A stretch of 64,000 bases of DNA. Origin: Oikopleura dioica (Eukaryota; Animalia; Chordata). The translations under genes and the position numbers were made by a program. Under the pieces are notes generated by a model that was not told the origin of the DNA, ran no database searches, and saw nothing but the letters and a program-made list of their open reading frames with translations. Location: positions 9,052,001 through 9,116,000 of the forward strand of contig OU015567.1 of the NCBI GenBank assembly GCA_907165135.1, given 5' to 3'. Of this stretch, positions 11,750 to 21,747 are shown one piece after another. Numbering within the stretch: the stretch's first letter is position 1; each line of letters starts with the position of its first letter.

Positions 11750-12872
11750 ATGGCTTCCGTACGTAGCCTATATCTCTATATTATTATATAAATCACTTCA
11801 TTAATTATGCTATTAATATTTTATAAAGAGATCAATTCAGAAGCTTGTCAGGAGAAATCTCCTTTTCGCGCCTCAAAAACGAACTTTAAAATCTTCGGCT
11901 CTTCGCTCCTCCATTCCTTGGCTTCGAAAATCGACTCCTTCGCTCAACTGGGGCTACAACGGATCCGAATGCGACCCAGAAGATTGGCCGAACGAGTACC
12001 AATGCGGCAACTGCCAGTCGCCAATCGACATTGACTTGAGCAAAGTGACGTACTCTTCCGAGCTGACTCCCTTAGGAAACGCGTGGTTAATCAGCCGCGA
12101 ATTATGTTTTTAATAAGAATGAGTTGTTTTTAATCCGCGATAGAATACTCTTACCCAGACAAGTTCAAATACATGGTCAACGATGGAAAGAATATCAGAA
12201 TTCATTGGCGAGGAGAAACAGCTCTTTCTGGAGGACCGCTGAAGGGAACTTACGAACTCGTGCAGCTGCACTTTCACTGGGGATCAGGAACGCAGTTTAA
12301 CAAATTGATAATGAATATAATATTTATACAATTATAAATAATACTCAATTTTATTCCTCTTTTAAAACTCCGAAAAAGCGGTCGGAAAAGGAGCTGAGCA
12401 TCTCGTGAACGGAGAATCAGTCGAGGGAGAAGCTCATCTGGTCCACTGGAATCCGAAGTATGGTTCGATCCGCGAAGCTCTCAACCACCAAGATGGATGT
12501 GCTGTCGTCGGCGTTTTCCTGAAAGAAGCAAAAACTGACGCTGAAAGCCCACTTTCCCCCATTTTGAAGCGTTTTCCCACCCTTTCCAAGTTCAATGAGA
12601 AGTACACCTTCGAGAACGACGTTTTCAACGTCGGCGACTTGATTCCAAAAGGATCCGAGTTCATTTGCTACGACGGTGGTCTGACTACGCCGCCGCTGAC
12701 GGAGTGCGTCCAGTGGATCGTCAATCTGGAGCCACTCGTTGTTTCAAAAGAAGAAATGGACGTTTTCAGAAGTCTGGAAGGCTCTTTCGGCCACAATTTC
12801 ATCGACAACTTCCGCCCTTGCCAGCCGGTTGGCAATCGAGTCGTCTCGTCCTCCTTCGAGCCTGAAAAGTGA
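11750..12872 (+). CDS. Alpha-carbonic anhydrase with putative mitochondrial presequence
   Basis: NWGY; CQSPIDI; QLHFHWG; AEH; EAHLVHWN; LTTPPLTECVQW; NFRPCQP. GA-AG introns at 12076-12143 and 12288-12378. Confidence 0.9.
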
Positions 12873-13350
12873 AGAAAAAATAAAGAAAAAAAGGTGTCTG
12901 TCTGTTTTTGAAGTTCATTAATTTTGAAAAAAGCCAATCGTGGAAATCGTTAAAAATAACTATTACTAGATTACACATAAATTAAACAAATGCTCTAATG
13001 TTCCTTTTTTCTTCTCTTAGAAAATTTTAAAGCTAAAAGTCCTGACTAGCTTTTCTGATTGTTCTGTTTGAAAATTCGAAGAGATGAATAAATATATTCC
13101 TTTTTAAAGTTACTTTTTGATCAAAAAGATTTTGGTCATAAAAACTGTTTTTGTCATTTTTTGCAGGCTGAGCATAATTTTCACGGATCGCTTGATTTTC
13201 AGTCAGTAGGTGACTCATTCCAGCATTCGAACTTCTCCCAAGGCAATGTTTGGTATTATGTGAGTGACTGTTAGCTCACTCGTAAACGGCGATATTTGAG
13301 ATTTTGCGGAGAGAACAGTCGCCGAAGCCAAAAAGAGAAAAGTGGCGGCG

Positions 13351-15688
13351 ATGCTCCTCTTTTCGTCCTTTTTCGCCGCGTTTCTAGCGGCAGAAACAAG
13401 TAGACCGAATGTCATTTTGATTCTTGCCGATGATCTTGGCTTCAATGATATGCCTTGGAATAATCCAGGAAGGGGTTTTTCCAACGGGTTAAAACTTTAT
13501 CTGAGAAATTTTAAAATCACATAAAAAAGACATTATCGCCCCGAATCTCCATGCTCTCGCCAAAAACGGGACGATTTTGAGCAATTTTTACGTCCAACCA
13601 GTCTGCACTCCTTCGCGATCTGCTCTGATGACCTCCAGGAATGAGCTTTTTAATTTTTCAATAAAAAATCTGACAAATTAGGTATCCAATTCGACTCGGT
13701 CTTCAGACAGATGTGATAACAGCACCGCAGCCTTCTTGTCTTCCGTTAGACGAAGAAACAATCGGCAACGAGTTTCAAAAGGCCGGCTATTCAACCCACA
13801 TAGGTAAATTCTGAAAAAAAGCTCATGAAAAGATACCCAATTCGTCTCGGCTTGCAAACTTCCGTGATAACAGCTCCGCAACCGTCGTGCCTCCCACTGG
13901 ACGAGGTCACTTTCGGGGATGAAATGCGACTCGCTGGATATCACACACATATCGGTTTTTAACTAGCTATAAATAGAAATATTGGGCGATCATTGAATGA
14001 GCTTTTTTGTTTTGTTCTTCAAAGTCAGGAGTTTTTTAATTCAGTGGGGAAGTGGCACCTCGGTCACTACTGTCCACAATGTCTTCCAAATAACCGAGGC
14101 TTCGACACTTTCCGTGGCTATTTAACTGGCGCTGAGGATTACTACAAGAAAACCTTTTGCATTCCGCTGATTCCGAGCCAACGGCCACCTGCTTGTGGCT
14201 TTGATTTTTACGATAATGAAGATCGAATGCCCCAAGCGAATGGAACGTATTCAACTTATCAGGTACTACTGAGTTGTTTTCATCTATCATCCAAAATTTC
14301 TAGTTTTCTGATGCTTCCCGCGAAGTGATTAAGAATCACCAAGGCTCAAAAAATCCCTTCTTTCTGTACCTCCCTTTCCAGTCCGTACACTATCCTGTCA
14401 TGGTTCCTAAAAACTACTCGGATCTGTACCCCAACGAGAAGAACCACACGCGCAAGGAATACATGGGCATGGTGACGGCGATGGACGAAGCTGTTGGGCA
14501 CATCGTCGACGAACTCAAATCAGTTGGAGCTTACGAAAATACTTTGTTTTTCTACGCGACGGATAATGGAGGACTCGTCGGCGCTGGTGGTAGAAACGCG
14601 CCCTTCAGAGGGCAAAAAGCTACTCTTTGGCAAGGTGGATTGAGAGTTCCTTCGTTTATTACAGGCCCCGGAGTGCCCGCTGGAGCTGATTATAAGAACA
14701 TGATGCACATTGTCGACGTCCAAATGACTTTGTTGGAAGCGATTGGTCACCAACGAAGCGGGGAAAAGCATGTTGATGGAGTTTCTCACTGGTCGGCGAT
14801 TACGACTACCAGTTCAGAAGAAAGAGAAAGTTTCGAATTACTGAGAAGAAAACGAGAAAAGACGTACTCGGAAGTAGAAGAGAGAATTCAGAAGAAACTT
14901 ACTGTCGCAAAGAAACCTAGAACAGAAATTCTGGCTCGGATTTGAAACAAGTCAAACTAAATCATTTTTGAGACTTATAAAAATTCGAGGGACAAGTTGA
15001 ACATTGATCACTTTTACTTGCGAGCCAACAACGGGCTCGGTCCTGATCCCCAAAATCTTTCTTATTACGAGAATCCATTTTTCAACACCAGGAAACATTT
15101 GAAAATCTGACAATAGCTAAACATTGACCGGGAGTATGATCGAGGCTACTCTCCTGACCCGATTAATTTTACCCACTATGAGAACCCATTTTTCGATACA
15201 AGGTAGTGTTAAAAATGATATGTGTGTGATACTATTTTAATCTGGTAACTGTCGGCGCTTTTCGATCAGCTGGGCTAAATCAGTTTTTCAAGTTTTTAAA
15301 GCATCCACGCAGCGATTGTGAGCGAACTTGATGGGGTCACATGGAAATTGTTGACTGGAGATCCTGGTTGCGAACTTTACGATTTTCCTTGCCACGCGGA
15401 TCACAAACTGCCGAATCCCTTCCCCAGTGTTTGGCTTTTCAAGTAAGTTTTCCAATATTCATAGCATAATTGCATGTTTCTTCTAGCTTGGATACAGACC
15501 CCTACGAGAAAAACAATATCTTTGAAGAAAACAAAGACATCGTCTGGATGCTACTTGAAAAACTCGCGCAGTACGACGCTAATTCTGTTCCAACTTATTA
15601 TCCTGACAGAGACCCTGCAGCTGACCCGGCAGCCCATGATGGCTGGTGGGGTCCGTGGAAGGCTGGGCCAAATAATTGGCCACGATAG
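13351..15688 (+). CDS. Arylsulfatase B/I/J-like sulfatase with two pairs of duplicated exons
   Basis: Signal peptide; [12 protein letters not shown]; CTPSR FGly motif; GKWHLG; TDNGG; WKLLTG; DPYEK. Confidence 0.92.
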
Positions 15689-15823
15689 AAGTACTTTTGT
15701 TGCGAATAAAATCCAGTTTCATCAGAGGAATAAAATGTGATTTAGTTTATTTAATAATTATTTTTGGGTCCGCGAAAGGCAGTGAGTATCAGCTCAAAAA
15801 CTAGAAAAGACATGTTCTAACGT

Positions 15824-18800
15824 TTAATTCTTTATTTCTTCTGGGATTTCGTCGACAGCTTCCTTTTTGATTTTTTGATCCTCTTCAGAAGCCGCCAGAT
15901 TCAAATCAGTCTTTTCCGCTCCTTTCTGAGAGTTTTGAAGAGTTCGCATTAGCTCCAAAATCTCCTGTGCATTTGTTGGTGTCTTTGCAGGAGCTGAAGG
16001 GATTGGAGACGCGGATCGGTTTTTGAATTGTTCAATCGGCACCTTATTTATGATTATGAGTCGAAGGTAATTTTTGGTGCAATACCTGGCCACTGAGAAG
16101 CTTTTGCAAGAGTGTCGTTTGTTCAGAATTTTGAAGGAGATGAGCAAGCGGATTCTTCTCTGAATCAAGCTGAGGTGAGCTAGAAACAGAGCCTGCTTGC
16201 TCGAGAAGTCTCTGCGTCTGTACCACTGCTGATGGAACAGGAACTGTCCCTCTCGGCACTTGAATTTTCGGCTGAAGCTTTGGGTACTTGTCAACGTTGA
16301 GTGATTTTCCGTCGTCGTTGAGGATCTTGTTTTCGGTGATGTGTTGCCGCTTTTTCGGAAGACGGAGCTTTGTTTCGTCCATTTTATCCCGAGACATTCC
16401 GACCTGAAAGGACCAATAAATATATTATAACGTACCCCCCCCCCCCTAGCTCGCTCACATTTTGTGAGCATTTTTCCCTTGCTCGCTTAGTTAAATTTTA
16501 TCAAAGTCCCCTTGCTCGCTCTCATTCTTGTTTCAGCGCGCTCCATTAGTCGCCATCCTTCTTTTTACCTCGCGCGCCTCTTTTTAAAGCGTCCAGTTAA
16601 ATTTTTATATCTTGTAGCAACGCTGTATTATGCCGTAAACTTGATAGTTTGACTTTATATGTACATTTATACTCAAAATAGTCGAATCTTCATGTTGACA
16701 CTGGTTCCAGAGTTGCAAATTTGCTGAGCTGAGTGAGCTGAGCAGTCGCTCAGCTCAGTGATTTTGGAAAATTATCTGATCTGCTCAGCTCAGCTCAGAC
16801 AATTTTCACTCAGCTCAGCTCAGCTCAGCTCCTTTATTTTCGAACATGATCTGTTCTGACCAAAAAACAGTAAAAAACAGCTCAGCTCAGCTCTAATTAG
16901 GGTCCGCTCCGCTCAGCTCAGCTCAACTCTCTTAAACAAAAGGTCTGCTCAGCTCAGCTCAGCTCAATGACCTCTGAAAAAGGCCAGCTCAGCTCAGCTC
17001 AGCTCAGAAACCTCCGAAGTAGGCCACCTCAGCTCAGCTCAGCTCAGAGAAATTTTTTCGCAGGTCAGCTCAGCTCAGCTCGGAAAAATTAATCAAAATT
17101 TGCAACTCTCGAGGAAAATGGCATTTGATTTTTTTATAAAAACAGTCTCAAAGTTTCAATCCATGTATTTCGAGTACTTATGTTTACTTAAAATGGAGTG
17201 TCCAAATTTCTTCTGATTAAGAAGATATGAAAATTTGACAAAATGGACGTGAAAGAGCATTTAAAATAAGTTTGCTTGGAAAAAATCATGAAAATCGAAT
17301 TTTGAGACCATTCTACGAGTTAAAAAGCCTTTTAAAAGTGAAAAAGAAAATGAGCTACGCGTTATAAAGCGTTCTCGCGGGGCTTCAGGAGCGAACAAGG
17401 GATAAATGACGGAGAAAGGCGGGCGAGCAAAGGTGCGCCGTCGAAACCAAGGAGGGCGAACAAGGGGTCGTAGAATGCAAAAGAAGGAAAGCGACCAACG
17501 GATCTTGGTAACAAAAAGCGAGCGACCAAGGGGGGTCTTGTTGGAGTTTAACTAAGCGAAAAAGGGAAAAATGTTCACAAAATGTGAGCGAGCTAGGGGG
17601 GGGGGGTACGTTAGCTCAACAGTTGAAATCATGCCTGAACGCATTTAGCGAATCGACAAGAAGGGCATTGAGTTCTGTTTCGCCTGTTGATTCGTTTAAC
17701 ACAGCGGTTATCGTTTGAACAGAGCCGCGGAGTCAAGTTATTCTGGGTTATGCGTCTGAAGAACCCTTTGCAGCCCTCACAAGTCTCTGCTCCGTAGTGG
17801 ACTCCAGTGGACACGTCGCCACAAACCACGCACAACTCATAGTCGCCGAGAAGTTCTTCTTTGCGGCGCTTCACCGCTTCGCTTTCTCCCAATGCTGAGA
17901 CGGCTAGATCGGTTAGCTTTACTTTTCGCTCCACGGGGCTAAGTGAAATGTTAGACGATTGTTAGATTGGGAAGAAGAAACGTCGAAAACGAACGACTTT
18001 GGAAATTGATTGAATAATTTACTTTCTTGTTTCAAAATCGTCGTTTTGGGAGATCGATAAATGGGAAAGTACACAGGATAACGGATTTGCAAGCGATAAC
18101 TGATATAAAAAAGAGCTTTTTGGCCATTAACTTACTGACTGACGCACAATTTTGACATATTGACAATATGATATTGTCAAACCCGGAAATATATAAAAAA
18201 ATTTAGTTAACTCAATGCCCTGGTAAAACTGCGTCCCTGAAGTCCTTGTCTGACAATTTTATAAAACAGGGAACAAAGACTTCTCCGGTTTCTGATTTAA
18301 CCGGAGCGGGAAGGCTAGGCAGCGAACTGATTTAGTAGAAATCAAGAAGGAAATTGCGGTTTGCTTACATTGGTGGAGATTCATAATTCTGATGAGCAGT
18401 GCTGAAGGGATGACGGAGAGGACTGGCGAGCTGCTTCGAAAGCGCTGGAGGGATAATTTGCGAGGTCATTTGACCGGACATCTGTGACTGAGCTTGAAAA
18501 TTAATCGAAGAAAGTGACAATAACAAGGTCACTCCGGACGAGATTAATATTGATAGATGATGAACTCTTTAGCTCATTCCTGTAGGCTGGACATCTTCGG
18601 TGAGCTAAGACTATTGACCACTGGTTCGTCATCATCAAAAACTTCGACTTTGACGGTATCATCCTTGCCCACTTCTTGAATAGTGTCTTCAATCAGTGGC
18701 TGCATCATCTGTGGCTGTTCCTCCGCCATCTGCTGCAGTTGATTCTGAGTAACCATGTTCTTCAATTTCTCCGCATAGCTTCTATAAAAACTGAATGAAG

Positions 18801-19552
18801 AGAAGACAAGGAAGAGAACTCAACTGTTGTGCTGGTTGTTGATGAACGTGGCTGTTGAAAATTGCGTTTTGACTTTGGCCGTGATTTCCGTTTTGTAAAG
18901 TTCCTTGGGTAAGTCGCTGGTGGAGAAATTTGTAACACTTGCAGATGGTTAGAAAGAGTGAGTCAGATTCATTGGCGCAGTTGTTTATTCGGGCGAATTG
19001 GCGGATTTCGTTTTCCTAACAAGATCGTTTTAGCAATTCAAGGGCATAAGTGGACTTGTAATTTTCTGATTCAGGATCGATTGGTCTGAATTACCTGATT
19101 TATTAGCTCTGAGATGATATCCTCAGCTCCAAAATTCGGATAACCAACTTCCGAGCACACGAAGACTCCTCTAGCAACCCTGCGATTGTCCAAAAATGTG
19201 ATCACATCTCCATATTTTATATTATTTCCGACAATTCGAATCGGTGTCTGTTGCTTCAGAGCTGTTTCGGAGACATAGATGTTGCCGAAAATGATCTGAA
19301 CGAGGGTCAGATTCGAACGTAGTAAGATTTCAAATTTGTTTGGATTTTTTTTTTATCGAAGTGGGCGTGAATTCGAAATCAACAGTTCCCTCAATTCAGT
19401 ATTGACATGAAATTCATGACAGTACTTGATTATTGACCCAGTTCCTGTCGAATCTTTCGTTTCAGCGTACATTGAGCATTTTGCTCGACGATTTCCAGCT
19501 CCACACAGGTCCATCGAGGAATAAGACCAGGGTTCATCTGACTTCTTGCCAT
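15824..19552 (-). CDS. Nuclear receptor (C4 zinc-finger DBD, CEGCKG P-box) apparently lacking a ligand-binding domain; linkage of the 5' exons is inferred
   Basis: [27 protein letters not shown]...[11 protein letters not shown]|VGMSRD across GC-AG intron 17634-16404. The C-terminal exons are low-complexity and end at 15824. Upstream exons 19552-18219 join in phase through GC/GA/GT donors. Confidence 0.7.
16430..17611. mobile_element. MITE with poly-C/poly-G TIRs, TA-flanked, inside the nuclear receptor intron
   Basis: ACGTAC(C)nTAGCTCGCTCACATTTTGTGA mirrored at 17611; TA at 16428-29 and 17612-13. Confidence 0.88.
16708..17110. mobile_element. Nested hAT-like MITE with (GCTCA)n arrays
   Basis: TIR (C/G)AGAGTTGCAAATTT; many GCTCA/TGAGC pentamers; no TSD retained. 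Confidence 0.8.
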
Positions 19553-19782
19553 TCTCTCTAAAAGTTATAAAAATAATTACTTAGTAAGTCTTTTGTCTCA
19601 AAAATATACATTTCGATGTTTTATTTAAGTAATTAGTAAAGTTGTGATTAGACTTAATATATTTATTACCTTTTTATTAGTTCAATTAAAATCAAACTCT
19701 TCGTCTTCCTCTCTCTTTCTTTGAACAATTTATTTACTGATCTCTTTCGCTCGAAAAAGTGAAAATGTCCTTCGCGGCGGGG

Positions 19783-19968
19783 TGACCTGCGTTGCTCTGG
19801 GTCACCGCAGCTTTAGCATTGGCCGCTTGACACCGTCCCGCCCGCTTCTGATTCGCTACTCTCGGCTACGCTCACCTCACCAGACCCGCCGTACCACACT
19901 CACTCGGGTCACGCTCCGCCAGACTGACAAATTCACTTGACGCGTGTTTATCTGACCTGCGCTGACCC
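19783..19968 (-). promoter_or_regulatory. Cluster of five RGGTCA half-sites including a DR4, upstream of the nuclear receptor gene
   Basis: Half-sites at 19783, 19799, 19906, 19953 and 19963; CCAAT and GC boxes lie between them. Confidence 0.5.
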
Positions 19969-20071
19969 CTGAGCATTCCTTTTTATCGAAATTTTCAACG
20001 AAAAGTAAAAGGAGCTTTTATTCAGTAAAATATAGGTTGATTTCAGTGATACGAATAATTGAGCAGTGAAG

Positions 20072-20958
20072 TTAGAATATCCCGGATTTTCCGGCAGAAA
20101 TGGCGCTCTCATCCTCGGCAGCTTGTTTTTCATTGGTTTCGGGGGCCTTTCGTCTTCGTTTTTTAGTGATGCCTTGGTCCAACTTCTCCAGATACTCTTG
20201 CACAATTAATTCGCAGTTGGTTAAAAGTGATTCAGGTTCCCAAGTTGCATCGGATTCAGGCCAGTCTCTCCAGAGCACCTGTAAATTATAAATTTATTCG
20301 ATAATAAGTCCCGAAAGAAAAGAAGTGGGATGAATTAAAACTTTCCTTGAATTTCCTCTTTCCTCCTCGAACGAATTTGTGAGCCAGAATTTTTTCGACT
20401 TCCCATTCTTCATTATCGTGGTCTGACTTATCGTGGTTAGGCTTTTCTTCTTTTATCTCCTGTGCTGTGTTCACTTTGGCCGAATCTTTGCGTTGTTTTC
20501 GGAACGAGGCCTCGTATTTTCGGACTTCCAGCATCTCCTCTTCGGTCAAGCTATCCAAAGGAAAATATGCTTCTTCTCCACCATCTGCGCTGAACTGAAA
20601 AACGCAGGATTTAGAACGATTTTCTGGAAAAGTTTACCTTGTAATGAACGATTCCGAGGATGATTCGTCTATCTTTTATTCGCCCGCCTTCTCCATGTGT
20701 GTATTCGTTATTCTGATTAACGGATATAAAACCTCTCAATTTTTATTAATCAATCATCAATCTTTTTATTTCTTTTGATATCCCTAACTTTTCATCAATA
20801 GCTTCAGCAATTGCTCTTCGCGATGTTCCCGGTCGATCGTTTTGCTCCAACTCAAGAAGTTCTGTCATCCGCTTTGGTCGTCTTAGAACTTCTTTTGTAC
20901 GAACCATTTCGGCTTCAGGAGGGTTTCTGCTGAAAAGGGAGGAAAATATTTGAAACAT
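20072..20958 (-). CDS. Chromodomain protein without chromoshadow domain
   Basis: EWEVEKILAHKFVRGGKRKFK|VLWRDWPESDATWEPESLL; the aromatic cage residues are present. Confidence 0.8.
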
Positions 20959-21179
20959 GCCGAGGAGTCTTTTGAGTTCTCTTCATGCTTTGATTTTATC
21001 AATAAATTTATTTTGCGCTCTAGAAAAGATACCTGCTTAATTTTGTTCTTTGAGCTTCGTTTCTCTCTCTCAAGTAAATAGAGAGATGCTCTTTTCAAAT
21101 CTTGAATTCGAAGGAAAAATTGATCCTTTTGGAAGAATAACGAATTATCCACTGTTGTCAAAGCTGCTAAGAGTTTTGC

Positions 21180-21747
21180 TCAAATCGTGAAACCAATCTG
21201 GCTTAATTCGATGAATACATAGAAGAGAGTCAAGGTTTGTTTCCGTATATTAATCTGTAGGAAATATTTTATTGCAATTATAGAATTTCAAACGGATTTA
21301 GTTCGGGATCAATGAAAGGCTCGTTGTTACAAAAGTCATCGAAACAGATGTAGTAACACAGCTCATGGTCGAAATCAACTCTAACAGTGTCACCATCATC
21401 GTCCTCTACTGTATCTCCTTCCTAATGAAACGAACATCCATTCGCAGTTTTATTCGAACTCGACAAACAACCTTTGGTGATCGTTTCCACTATAAAGTTA
21501 TTAGTTTTGCTTAATTCAACCTGCATTTACAGAATCCGCCAGCGTAATTTTCGGAGAAATAAATAAAATCACTCGTAAAGCATCCGATATCGCTTTCGCA
21601 AAATAGGATTTGGTCCTGTTGCTCAATAGAGTCACAAGAATTGACGTCGTTAAAGGTGATTGAAGAACACTCGTAGCACTTGACAACTTTTCCAGCAGCA
21701 TCATTAGCGAGTAAAAAAGAGAGTACTATTCTCTGACTGAGCTTCAT
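21180..21747 (-). pseudogene. Ly6/uPAR three-finger-like protein with an in-frame TAG
   Basis: Signal peptide; KCYECS; TKGCL; CYYICFDDFCNN; hydrophobic tail. In-frame TAG at 21422-21424. Confidence 0.55.

Noticed and set aside
16730-17085. Repeat-spacer-like GCTCA arrays resembling a CRISPR
   Set aside because: Eukaryotic DNA, variable pentamer counts, bounded by TIRs, and no cas genes. The same applies to the CACCT arrays at 38.5-39.6 kb.
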